From the IMG/VR virus record IMGVR_UViG_3300017971_000272, positions 9,817 through 73,816 of that record: 64,000 nucleotides of DNA. The stretch is one strand, 5' to 3'. This DNA comes from a virus. The notes beneath the pieces are model-generated. The model ran no database searches. It saw nothing but the letters and a program-made list of their open reading frames with translations, and had not been told where the DNA came from. The number at the start of each line of letters is the position of its first letter. Positions within the stretch are counted from its first letter, which is position 1. Of the stretch, positions 19,128 through 28,484 are shown piece after piece. A program made the position numbers and the translations under genes.

Positions 19128-20663
19128 TTAAATAACAAACCACGAGTTCTGACCTGCTAACCTGCATTTATAAAAAATTCCATTTTCTGTGTCTAAATAA
19201 GTCTGATTTTCTATACCTGCAACAATACCATTAGGATTACCAGCTCCACTCAAATCATCAGGTACATAAGGTTCTGCATTCTCCAAACTGCCTATTACCG
19301 TTATTGCATTATCTTCAATGCTTTGTCTTGTTACTGCATCAACAAACATATTACTGATAGTAAGGGTTCCTCCATCAACAGTACAATTATAAAAACCTTT
19401 TGGAGGATAATAATTTACTTGGGATGCAGTTATACCACCTTGTATTTGGCATTCAATAAATCTTCCAACTCCAGTAGCTGTAATTAATCCATCAAATTCT
19501 GTTGATCTTGCTATGTTTATATTTACATTTGGAAGATTAAAAGATCTATCAAAGAAACATTTTTCTATTTGTATATTATGAACTGATCCAAGCTCACTGG
19601 CATTAGCAAGTACATCTCCCTGAACCTTAACACCACATAGATAGGTTTCATGAGAAGTGGTATTTCCATCTTCATGATTAAAATTTAAATCTCCAGAAAT
19701 AATCATGTTACCTGTACCATATGCTGCATGAGTACTGGATGTTTCCCCGCTTACTCCTTTGATATTAAAGGCAGGTCTTGAAGGGGCTTCTGCTGGTTCA
19801 CCTGTAGCTGTGTTATTTACTGTCACACTTCTTGGAATAGTAGAATTGTAGATATCTGAAGCACCATCACCTATAATCACTGTTCCATAGCATAAAAATG
19901 TTATCATTCTTTGTTTAGGAATAATCACATTTTCATCATATTGTCCTGCTTTGATATGTATAGTTATTTTTTGACGTGCATCAGCGCTATCTACAGGAGG
20001 TCCTATGGCGTTTAAACAATCCTGAATGCTTGAGTATGGATTATAAAAAGAACCATCAGGATTAGCCACTACAGCTTCAAAATTAACGAAATAATCCTTT
20101 GTTCCAAAATATGGCTCATCATTCTCTACAATATAGCCATCATTACTTGATAAATCTGAATTAGTTAATACCTGTTCTTCTTTGTTTGCTGGATCATATA
20201 CGGCTTTTGTCATATCTCCAGCACCACCACCTGATGTGACATTAACCCATACAGCAGCACCAGTTGTATTATCCGCTAAGATATAAACAATATCAGTATC
20301 AGTATTAACCCATACAGTACCAATCAATAAATTAACACCAATACCTCCAGTATTCACAGCATCATCATTTACTCCTGGATCTCTATTTGTTGAGATCCTT
20401 TGAGCCATATTGGTATGATTACCTGTGCCATAAACACCAGCATCTAAATTAGTTAATCCAAGATGATCAGATGTCCCTGTACCACCTTGAGCTATATTAA
20501 CCCATCTTGCGTTCCCTGGAGTATTATTTACTAAACAATACGGAATTTCTGTTACTTCATCTACCCAAATAGATCCTAATTGATATCCGGAATCCTCACT
20601 TCCTGGAGAACCCTCCCTTTGTATAGTAGGATCGCTTATTATTGGTGGAAAGATTGAAGTCAT
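19128..20663 (-). CDS. Putative fibre/spike with beta-helix (pectin-lyase-like) domain
   Basis: Repeated GSIW/GTVW..L.(N/D)NT.G.A.W units, GDMTKAVYD, DGSFYNPYSSIQD...IHIKAGQYDENV. Confidence 0.65.
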   Translation of the reverse strand: MTSIFPPIISDPTIQREGSPGSEDSGYQLGSIWVDEVTEIPYCLVNNTPGNARWVNIAQGGTGTSDHLGLTNLDAGVYGTGNHTNMAQRISTNRDPGVNDDAVNTGGIGVNLLIGTVWVNTDTDIVYILADNTTGAAVWVNVTSGGGAGDMTKAVYDPANKEEQVLTNSDLSSNDGYIVENDEPYFGTKDYFVNFEAVVANPDGSFYNPYSSIQDCLNAIGPPVDSADARQKITIHIKAGQYDENVIIPKQRMITFLCYGTVIIGDGASDIYNSTIPRSVTVNNTATGEPAEAPSRPAFNIKGVSGETSSTHAAYGTGNMIISGDLNFNHEDGNTTSHETYLCGVKVQGDVLANASELGSVHNIQIEKCFFDRSFNLPNVNINIARSTEFDGLITATGVGRFIECQIQGGITASQVNYYPPKGFYNCTVDGGTLTISNMFVDAVTRQSIEDNAITVIGSLENAEPYVPDDLSGAGNPNGIVAGIENQTYLDTENGIFYKCRLAGQNSWFVI

Positions 20664-20672
20664 GATATTCTC

Positions 20673-20972
20673 CTACATTGATAAGACCATATTAACAGAG
20701 CCACCAGCATAATTTTCAACAACAGCTCTTACATATGAAAAATTAATATAAAGCCCTTCACATATATTGGAGGTCCATTTACCTCCACTAACCTTACACC
20801 ATTGAGCTTCTGATGGATCACCATCAGTTATGGTCCCTTCAAGAACTACAGTTGTGCCTCCTTGTAATCCCCATATTTGCATTGGTATAGGAGCATTTCG
20901 TGTTCTGTTTATCTTTATAGGTTCCCCTGTTATATTTTCAGTAACATCTTTTAATAATGTTTCTATATTCAT
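20673..20972 (-). CDS. Small beta-sandwich virion protein
   Basis: TVVLEGTI...W...YVRAVV pattern. Confidence 0.55.
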   Translation of the reverse strand: MNIETLLKDVTENITGEPIKINRTRNAPIPMQIWGLQGGTTVVLEGTITDGDPSEAQWCKVSGGKWTSNICEGLYINFSYVRAVVENYAGGSVNMVLSM

Positions 20973-20996
20973 CTAATTAATCCCTTAATGCAGTGT

Positions 20997-21158
20997 TTAT
21001 TTTTTATTGCTCTGTCTTTTTATGGCATGTCCTTGAATAGCAGCCTTCTTCTTTGCTTTTTTTCTCGAACTATCGCTGCCAGTTTTGTAATAGTATTTCT
21101 TTCCTGAACCCCATCTATAAAATGATCCTTTACTGTCTTTTCCTCTTCTGACTGGCAT
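20997..21158 (-). CDS. Small basic protein
   Basis: Likely start ATG 21158 (MPVRRGKDSKGSFYRWGSGKKY...KAAIQGHAI), RBS GAGG. Confidence 0.6.
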   Translation of the reverse strand: MPVRRGKDSKGSFYRWGSGKKYYYKTGSDSSRKKAKKKAAIQGHAIKRQSNKK

Positions 21159-21323
21159 CTGCAAATTTCCTCTAATTTTTGTATGATAAAAGCGATCCAA
21201 AAAGCTATTCCCCATGAAAACAAGAAGCTGCTCAATGACATTAATAATATACAAGCAAATAATTTTTTCTTTATTTCTTTTAAAGAGAACAAATTAATCA
21301 CCTCATTATTAAATATTGATAGA

Positions 21324-21557
21324 TTATCGCTTCTTGATATTAACTTTTCTTTTCATTCCTTTAATATTTATAGATGGAAATTTTTTATGTACTGCTTTTC
21401 TTACTTTTGCTTTTTCTGATGATGTGCCAAATTGAGCTACTCTTGCTAAGGCATTACGAGCATGGGATATATCTTGAATTGGGTATTTGCGTTGTTTAGG
21501 AAGTGCGAAAGAACTTGACTTCATCCTTTTTCGTTTGTTGTATCTTAAGACAGCCAT
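21324..21557 (-). CDS. Small basic capsid-associated protein (DUF6582-like)
   Basis: SSFALPKQRKYPIQDISHARNALARVAQ. Confidence 0.7.
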   Translation of the reverse strand: MAVLRYNKRKRMKSSSFALPKQRKYPIQDISHARNALARVAQFGTSSEKAKVRKAVHKKFPSINIKGMKRKVNIKKR

Positions 21558-21748
21558 TCTTCATCTCCTTCAAAAGCATAACATTCGTAGTCAAGGGCAG
21601 AGTATAATTCACTATGTATATCAGCAATTAAAAATTCAACATCATTAAAGTACTTAGAAGGAAAATAAATAAGGGGGATGTTTTTATCTTTTTTATTAAG
21701 TAATCTATAAACATGCATAAATCCCCCTATTACAATGTGATTATTATA

Positions 21749-21964
21749 TCATTGTTTTTTAGCTCTTTTTTGCCTTACAGGTCTTTTAGGTACGGGTTCC
21801 TGAATCACTACTGTATCTTCTTCAACTTCATCTTCATTATCTTCTTCAACTTCATCTTCATCAGTAATATGTAAAGTTACTAATCCCGCATCAAGTTGTT
21901 CCCTTGCGTCTATAGGATGCAATAATATTTTTTTCTTTGTTTTTTTATCTAACACAGCTATCAT
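21749..21964 (-). CDS. Small protein downstream of capsid decoration gene
   Basis: HPIDARE motif; RBS GGAGG. Confidence 0.65.
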   Translation of the reverse strand: MIAVLDKKTKKKILLHPIDAREQLDAGLVTLHITDEDEVEEDNEDEVEEDTVVIQEPVPKRPVRQKRAKKQ

Positions 21965-21986
21965 TGGTTTCCTCCATTAATATTAC

Positions 21987-22009
21987 ATAGGGGGAAAGAA
22001 TCCCCCTAT
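21987..22009 (-). terminator. Hairpin after capsid/decoration genes
   Basis: ATAGGGGGA-AAGAA-TCCCCCTAT. Confidence 0.55.
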
Positions 22010-22021
22010 ATCGTTATTTTC

Positions 22022-22453
22022 TTATTTGCTAAGATATATCAGATTATTGATACCTGTTGCTACTGTACCAGCAACAACAGTATAAGCTCTAAGATACCTG
22101 TAAGTAGTATCATTAAGAAAATTATTAAATGGAAGATTATATATGCCCACACCTACATCAGCATCACCAACAAGCTGAGTAGCATCCCCCATTTCAAAGG
22201 CCACAATATCAACAATATCATTGCCTGTAAATCCTTCAGTATTGGTTCCTTGAAGTTTTACAGTATATTTCTCATCACCAGTATCAACTTCACAGGCTTG
22301 GCAATTAATAACCATAACCCCTTCTGTGAAACCTCCACCAGTATCAAATTCCTTTGCTGAACCATCTACTTTTCCAGCACCACTTGATGTGATAAGACCT
22401 TCATTATTTAACAGTCCTTCGACATCATATATCTTTTGTCTGTTACCCATCAT
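22022..22453 (-). CDS. Capsid decoration/cement protein
   Basis: Directly after the major capsid gene; DEKYTVKLQG...YRYLRAY. Confidence 0.7.
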   Translation of the reverse strand: MMGNRQKIYDVEGLLNNEGLITSSGAGKVDGSAKEFDTGGGFTEGVMVINCQACEVDTGDEKYTVKLQGTNTEGFTGNDIVDIVAFEMGDATQLVGDADVGVGIYNLPFNNFLNDTTYRYLRAYTVVAGTVATGINNLIYLSK

Positions 22454-22521
22454 GATTATATGTCCTCCTGATGTATTTAAATTTTTAAATTTTTAAATAT
22501 GAATAATATTATGAATAAAAA

Positions 22522-23463
22522 CTATTTAACTACTTCAGCGTTCTTGATGCCCCAAAGTCGTGCAGCAGCACGATAACGCATAATAGCAAGGGTAAAGTAC
22601 CATTTAATTCTGGTACGATATACAGGTGAATTCGGGATTTCGCCGAGATCTTTTACTTGCATATCCCCATTCTGTAGACCAACTACACCATTTTCAGTGA
22701 AAGACACACAGTAAATGGAGGATGATGCAGCAGAACCACCTCCAGGTTGAGTCTCAGTAAATGGCATAATATCACTGTAGTTTTCATCCTTATCAGCTAT
22801 AAGAATTGGAAGATCATTGTATTTGGTTATTTGTCTTCCAAATGCATCAGTATCATAGGTAATATAACCACCTACATCTGTGTTTCTTGCAGCAGCAGTG
22901 ATACGTCTACGTAAAGTTTTATTCATAACAAGATGTGTGGGGTCTTCTACGGAGTCAATAAGCTCATCAAGTTTAATTAAAGATAAGGCATCTCCACCTG
23001 ATGAACTGCCAGCAGGAATGATAGTAGGCATAGCAGTATCATTACATCTAACTTGCAGACCATCAAATTCCTTTGGATCACTGCTAACATCTCCCTTAAT
23101 GATCTTTTTTGTCATTTTAAGAGACAATGCTTTAATCTGTAGTTCTTCCTGATCAGACCGGATATCACCTCCACCAGTCTCAACAAGAAAATCATCTACA
23201 TCAAGTTCACCACCTGAAGCAGTTAAACTCTCAGTGATCTTACTGAACTGACCTGTTCCTCTTGGAAGAGGCTCATTGATTCCACGAAATCCCACATTAG
23301 GCAGGACTTTCTCTCTAAGGAAGGTGATGGCATTCCCATCAATATTCTTAATGGGAATAGACATCATGATATCAGAATTTCTTGCGTACAATTCCATTAC
23401 AGCGGACTCGACTTGCATGTCTCGTCCCAATGCCATTTTTGACATTTCAACTAATGTTAACAT
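22522..23463 (-). CDS. Major capsid protein (HK97 fold)
   Basis: LPNVGFRGINE, GGELDVD, IKGD...EFDGLQVR, LDELID, RTRIKWY...AAARLWGI; SD AGGAGG. Confidence 0.92.
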   Translation of the reverse strand: MLTLVEMSKMALGRDMQVESAVMELYARNSDIMMSIPIKNIDGNAITFLREKVLPNVGFRGINEPLPRGTGQFSKITESLTASGGELDVDDFLVETGGGDIRSDQEELQIKALSLKMTKKIIKGDVSSDPKEFDGLQVRCNDTAMPTIIPAGSSSGGDALSLIKLDELIDSVEDPTHLVMNKTLRRRITAAARNTDVGGYITYDTDAFGRQITKYNDLPILIADKDENYSDIMPFTETQPGGGSAASSSIYCVSFTENGVVGLQNGDMQVKDLGEIPNSPVYRTRIKWYFTLAIMRYRAAARLWGIKNAEVVK

Positions 23464-23583
23464 TATAAAACCTCCTATTGATGTTTTAAGTTTAAGTTAT
23501 TAATTATAAATTATCAATTAATAGCTCACCGAGCTTAGTCCGCCCTACACCGCAAGGAGGTATCTTATACTACTGGATGTTAA

Positions 23584-24360
23584 CTATTTACTTTTTGCTG
23601 CCCTTGCTCTCCTAATGCGTTCACCTGGAGATAATTTACCCCATTCTACTTTTTCGCCTTTACCATGAGATCGGTTCCCCTCAGATCCAGATCCTTCAGA
23701 TGGTGTGAAAAAATATGGTTTTTCATGAGGTAAATTAGATGCCCATTCCTCAATGGATAAAGGAGATGCTCCATCTTTGCCCGGAATCACATGCCCGTTT
23801 GCATCCAAAGCAACTGGTTTCATATCCTCATTCATTGTGAATACTGTTGAACCATATCTAATGACATCGTCCATTGCACCTTGAGCAACATTAGCAACAG
23901 CTAACACATGCTTTTGTACTTGGTTATCTATTCTTTCCCTTGCTAATTCATTTGTCAGTTTACCTATACTACTATCTCTTTCAGATACAGATTCCTGAAA
24001 TGCTTTAATTTGATTATCGTAATCGCCACGCATCCGTTCAGTACGTGATGCTACTAATTCATCAATAGCATTATCATCATACATCTTATTTTCGTTAAAT
24101 AGTTTTTCTTTGGAAAGCAGTTCTTTGTATTTTTCAGGATCAATATTTTTGATCTTTTCAAGAGACATTTTCAAATTGTCTCTTTCTTTCATGATCTCTA
24201 TATTGTTATTCCTAAACTCCTTAACCTTTTCCTGCATTGATTGTAGTTCAGGCAATCCTTGAACTTGTAAATAATACTTTCCGTCTTCATCATTTTTCTT
24301 GTAACTGGATTGAATCGCCTCCGGCAATTCTTCGATTGTGTCTAAAACTAATTTAAGCAT
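23584..24360 (-). CDS. Capsid scaffolding protein
   Basis: MLKLVLDTIEELPEAIQSSY...GKYYLQV, coiled coil, KPYFF.PS.GSGS; directly upstream of the major capsid gene. Confidence 0.85.
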   Translation of the reverse strand: MLKLVLDTIEELPEAIQSSYKKNDEDGKYYLQVQGLPELQSMQEKVKEFRNNNIEIMKERDNLKMSLEKIKNIDPEKYKELLSKEKLFNENKMYDDNAIDELVASRTERMRGDYDNQIKAFQESVSERDSSIGKLTNELARERIDNQVQKHVLAVANVAQGAMDDVIRYGSTVFTMNEDMKPVALDANGHVIPGKDGASPLSIEEWASNLPHEKPYFFTPSEGSGSEGNRSHGKGEKVEWGKLSPGERIRRARAAKSK

Positions 24361-24422
24361 AAAATAGAACCTCCGGTTCTTTTTAATAAGGTGTGATAAG
24401 TTAAAAATATCTCTATTATTTA

Positions 24423-24452
24423 TTGGTTAAGTGATACATTATAAAAAGTCAA
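24423..24452 (-). promoter_or_regulatory. Putative late promoter TTGACTTT-N13-CTTAACC
   Basis: Same motif and spacing upstream of terS (36701-36729). Confidence 0.45.
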
Positions 24453-24643
24453 TAATTTTCTAAGGAGGCTTTAAAATAACAAAGATAAATTGCATTTTTC
24501 TATGTCCTCCTCTCTGTTTTTTATTATTTGATTAATTACTGTAATAGCCTTTTCATATCTACTGATATCATGTTTTATTTTTACATACTGAACTAATATA
24601 TGAGCATCTTCAATACTTCTTTTATCAAATACACTTAAATCTG

Positions 24644-26986
24644 TCATACTAAACCTTTTGCTTTATTATATAGTTCTGGAAATGCTGATTTTAAAACATA
24701 TCTTCCATAACGATCTTTAACTACAGCGCCATTCTTAATCATCTTATCTAATGTGGGTTTAAATGTCTTATCTTTAATATTCCAAGATGCCTTTTTAATC
24801 TGATTTTCTGTGAGAGGTTTATTTGCTAATTCTATTTGTAATCTATTACTCTGTGCTTGTGCAAGAAACTTTTTATTATTCATCTCAACTAATGTTAATG
24901 GTCTTCCATCCTGTTTTATCATTTGAGATGTGCTTATCTTATTTTGCTTCCATAATTTATATCTACCTGGACCAAGTATTTCAATCTGCTTTGATTTGGG
25001 TAAACTCTGTAACCATTTATCAGTTGTTTCAAATCGCTTGGTATCTAATTTAGTTTCTTTACCTTTTAACTGATCAAGCTTTCTCCCATACTTTCTCTCC
25101 AATCCAGCATCAGCAACTAATTGTTCATATGATTTAGTAATGGGAACTTTTATAGTACGACAATTATGAACTATACAATTCTCTGCAATATAAGTTTCAT
25201 CTTCATCAACAGCAAGATTATATACTTGAATTTCCTTAACTTTTTTCTCTTCAATTGATAATATCTTAGAAACTTTCCAACAAGAAGGAGGATCAATATG
25301 GATAAAAGATTTCTTAAAGATCTTATTACGAAAGAACATTTTGATAGAGGAAAATCTATCCGAGAAATAGCCAGAAACCTCTCTGTTTCTCCTGATAAAA
25401 TCTACTATTATTGTAAAAAATTTGGAATCAAATACCGATCTCAAAGAGAAGCTTCGAGTATTGCTCTGACTAAAACAAGAGCCACAACTCCCCATCCAAG
25501 ACTTGGCAAAACTAAAGAAACTTGTTCCGTTATCGCATCCCACAGCAAAAGAATGTCTGAAAATAATCCTTCTCAAAGAAAACACATTAGAGAAAAAATG
25601 TCCAAATCGTTGAGTGAACATCTTAGAAATAATCCCACTAAATACGAAAATAAAATTATTGAATTTCTTGGAGATTATAGAAATTATATCTTTCAATATC
25701 CCATTGGCATATACATTGCTGATTTTGCCTTTCCAAAACATAAAATTATTCTGGAAATTGATGGGAAAAGTCATATGAATCGGAATCGAAAAAGACGTGA
25801 TATCATAAGAGACAGGAGCCTCATCGATCTCGAATGGATAATCATTAGGTATCTTGAGCCTAAAAAGGGTAGAATCTTTCATGCTAAAAGAATCTTTCGT
25901 ATACTGGAATACTTTATCCCCGACTTGAACATCTCCAAACGTCTTCCAGCCCCTAAAAAATGTGAGTATGGGGTGCTCATACGTTCCGCTCAATATCCTA
26001 CCGGAATCCGTGTTAAAAATCCTGATCATCTTGTTTCTTATGGTTTTTGACATAGTAGAATAGACATATTTAAATTGACCAGTATGCGTTAAAACTCTAT
26101 CTCCGACTTTAACATCTTCTATTGGTATTTCTCCTTTACTGGTCAATATTTTAGTACCCTTAACCAATGCATTCCAATGGAATGGAGGACCTCCTGCTAC
26201 TGGATATGGAATATTATGTCCTATAGGTTGATAATCTAATGTGTATTTACGGCCATGAAGACCTTGACATAATCTTGTTGTGCGTCTATCAAGAATAGCT
26301 ACTATCTCCCATCCATTAAATATATCTTGATGTTCTTTGTATACTTGATCATTAGCTTGATTACTAACAGTCAATACAGATGTTCTAACAAGGGCTTCAG
26401 CTTGTCTTCTTGGGATATCTAATATACCTGGACGTCCTTTAGTTCCTTTGATTCTTGTAATGAGTTCTCCAACTGTTTCCCTCTGAATAATTCCTATTTG
26501 CATTTCTCTTGTTGCTTCTTGGAACATTCTCTTAACTGCATCACTGGTATTATCTTTTTGCTTTTTCCACCAATCCTTTACAAGTCCACCATCTATCAGA
26601 GTATTGTTAACAACAGAGTTCAATAAATTTTTAGATATCTTAACTGAAAATACATCCATCACAGTTGTATTTAATAAAGCTGCTGTGCGTTGATAATTAT
26701 AATCAGCTATATCTTTTAAAGAGCTATTAGTTTCTTTACTGATTTCTTTATAGTGTTCACTTAATATTCTATCAACTTCTATCTGTAGTTTTTCAAGTCG
26801 TTGTTTTTTATACCGTGATGCTTTTGGAGCTGTTGGATCTATCCTTGCTGTTTTATCTATGATATCTTTTTCAGCATCTTTTAATAGATCATAAACCTTT
26901 CTATTTAAATTAGCAGCAAGCCTTTCATTGATTATATGTTTAATCAATAACTCATCAGCCAATGTGACATTTACATTTATACTCAT
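24644..26986 (-). CDS. MuF/SPP1 gp7-like minor head protein, intein-containing
   Basis: AEALVRTS, AILDRRTTRLCQGLHG, and a PPFHWN|CRT motif interrupted by the intein. Confidence 0.9.
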   Translation of the reverse strand: MSINVNVTLADELLIKHIINERLAANLNRKVYDLLKDAEKDIIDKTARIDPTAPKASRYKKQRLEKLQIEVDRILSEHYKEISKETNSSLKDIADYNYQRTAALLNTTVMDVFSVKISKNLLNSVVNNTLIDGGLVKDWWKKQKDNTSDAVKRMFQEATREMQIGIIQRETVGELITRIKGTKGRPGILDIPRRQAEALVRTSVLTVSNQANDQVYKEHQDIFNGWEIVAILDRRTTRLCQGLHGRKYTLDYQPIGHNIPYPVAGGPPFHWNALVKGTKILTSKGEIPIEDVKVGDRVLTHTGQFKYVYSTMSKTIRNKMIRIFNTDSGRILSGTYEHPILTFFRGWKTFGDVQVGDKVFQYTKDSFSMKDSTLFRLKIPNDYPFEIDEAPVSYDITSFSIPIHMTFPINFQNNFMFWKGKISNVYANGILKDIISIISKKFNNFIFVFSGIISKMFTQRFGHFFSNVFSLRRIIFRHSFAVGCDNGTSFFSFAKSWMGSCGSCFSQSNTRSFSLRSVFDSKFFTIIVDFIRRNREVSGYFSDRFSSIKMFFRNKIFKKSFIHIDPPSCWKVSKILSIEEKKVKEIQVYNLAVDEDETYIAENCIVHNCRTIKVPITKSYEQLVADAGLERKYGRKLDQLKGKETKLDTKRFETTDKWLQSLPKSKQIEILGPGRYKLWKQNKISTSQMIKQDGRPLTLVEMNNKKFLAQAQSNRLQIELANKPLTENQIKKASWNIKDKTFKPTLDKMIKNGAVVKDRYGRYVLKSAFPELYNKAKGLV
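25163..26170 (-). mobile_element. Intein (336 aa, Ala1, ends His-Asn, Cys+1)
   Basis: Block A ALVKGTKILT, N2 IEDVKVGDRVLT, block B GTYEHPIL, block F VYNLAV..ETYIA, block G IVHN/C; removal restores PPFHWNCR. Confidence 0.92.
25298..26050 (+). CDS. HTH + Vsr/DUF559-like endonuclease encoded antisense inside the intein
   Basis: SD AAGGAGG at 25285-25291; N-terminal HTH (KSIREIARNLSVSPDKIYYYCKKFGI); PTKYE...FQYPIGIYIADF...ILEIDGKSH...DIIRDRSLIDLEWIIIR. Confidence 0.88.
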   Translation: MDKRFLKDLITKEHFDRGKSIREIARNLSVSPDKIYYYCKKFGIKYRSQREASSIALTKTRATTPHPRLGKTKETCSVIASHSKRMSENNPSQRKHIREKMSKSLSEHLRNNPTKYENKIIEFLGDYRNYIFQYPIGIYIADFAFPKHKIILEIDGKSHMNRNRKRRDIIRDRSLIDLEWIIIRYLEPKKGRIFHAKRIFRILEYFIPDLNISKRLPAPKKCEYGVLIRSAQYPTGIRVKNPDHLVSYGF

Positions 26987-28461
26987 TATTCTTCCTCATT
27001 AAGAATATCTTCAGGAACATCTTCCTCATCAGGCAATATAGTTTCTTCCTGTTCTTTAAATCTTGTATCAGCATCACTTTCTATCAGTTCTTTCTCTTCT
27101 TCAATTGTGCGGTTATCTGGAAGCACTTCACCTTCTTTAAGTGAATATAGGAAAGTATCTTGACTTATCTCACCTGCCTGTAATGTTTTTAATAATTCTG
27201 ATATCATTTGAGGACTCATAGACTTATCAATAAAATCAGAGTTCATTTCCACAGAGGCTTGTTGATCTTTTATCATTAACCAATTAGAACAATATTCAAG
27301 CACTTTTACCATTCCTTGGCTTATGCTCTGTGTGATATCTACTAATGTAGCTGTTTCTCCGCTTGTTCTTATTTTTAATGTCTCTGCTGCTTCTGCTGCT
27401 TTCTTTTGTTCTTCAAGGAGCCTTGCTCCTAATACAGCCATTTTCCTTTCCATGTTTTCCATCTCATTGGAGATGGCTCCCATACCTTGACCTGTAAACT
27501 CGAGCATTCCTACCTTAGCATTACTATCTTTATTTCTAATTGATTTTCCAGGACCAACAGCTATCTTTTTACCTTCTTGGAAACCTAAAAGATAAATAGT
27601 AGGTAATGCACAGTAATGAAGACCACTTCTATAATCTACATCAGTTCGCCAGTGAGCTATATTTAGAAACATAAGATCAAGCAATGGAGGCTTATCAACA
27701 TTCATTGTATTAGCATTAGGACCAAAACAAACAAATGGGATATAATTTAGTCTTTTTCCATTAATATTAGGATATGCTGTTAACTTTCCAGGAACAACAT
27801 CTACACGAACCCAAGCCTCTTCACTACTGCCTGTTTTGCTATCTAAAACAATTAGTTTCTTTTCCCATAGTTGTGTTACAAGATATCCATGTTCATCAAG
27901 ATATAACTGTCTTACCCTCTCAACAGGTTCAAAACTATAAAGAGCATCATTACTTGGAATATATGCTGTTTCTTTTAATGTTAAATAGGTAAGTTTAAGT
28001 TGACCATCAATTATACTTGTATTCCAATTTAATATCGATAAAGCATCATATTCAGAAAGAAATGGCATTTTAGTTTCTTGTGAATAATCACAATATATAC
28101 CATATCTACCATAAGCTAAAAGATTATATACAGTGTTTCTTATAACTGCATCAAATGTAAGTCCTTGCTGTGTAGACTGTTGGAGAAAAGGATTCATGCG
28201 TTCAGATACTTCTATAATCGGAGGCTTCCTCATTATAGCACCAGTAAAACCAGATACTGTTCTTGAAGTAGCACCATAAAAAGAACCTCTACTGATATAA
28301 GTGAAATATTCTTCATCTTTTTGATCATCTAATTTAGGAACAAACCTTGTCCCCTTACTTTTCATTACTCGTTCGCCATCTATGACATATGTCATATCTA
28401 ACCAATCATCTTCTCTATCTTGATACTCATTATGGACATTATCCATAGTTAAATTTTCCAT
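26986..28461 (-). CDS. Portal protein (DUF4055-like)
   Basis: RGSFYGATSRTVSGFTG, LNYIPFV, KPPLLDL..LNIAHWR..DYR.GLH..ALPT. Confidence 0.88.
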   Translation of the reverse strand: MENLTMDNVHNEYQDREDDWLDMTYVIDGERVMKSKGTRFVPKLDDQKDEEYFTYISRGSFYGATSRTVSGFTGAIMRKPPIIEVSERMNPFLQQSTQQGLTFDAVIRNTVYNLLAYGRYGIYCDYSQETKMPFLSEYDALSILNWNTSIIDGQLKLTYLTLKETAYIPSNDALYSFEPVERVRQLYLDEHGYLVTQLWEKKLIVLDSKTGSSEEAWVRVDVVPGKLTAYPNINGKRLNYIPFVCFGPNANTMNVDKPPLLDLMFLNIAHWRTDVDYRSGLHYCALPTIYLLGFQEGKKIAVGPGKSIRNKDSNAKVGMLEFTGQGMGAISNEMENMERKMAVLGARLLEEQKKAAEAAETLKIRTSGETATLVDITQSISQGMVKVLEYCSNWLMIKDQQASVEMNSDFIDKSMSPQMISELLKTLQAGEISQDTFLYSLKEGEVLPDNRTIEEEKELIESDADTRFKEQEETILPDEEDVPEDILNEEE

Positions 28462-28484
28462 GAATCCCTTTCTCCTCTTATTTT

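Noticed and set aside
21020-21301. 93-aa membrane ORF
   Set aside because: GTG start without clear SD and a long overlap with the better-supported basic ORF 20997..21158; left uncalled.
25163-26170. Group I intron or IS instead of intein
   Set aside because: The host frame is open throughout, intein blocks A, B, F and G are present, and there are no terminal repeats.
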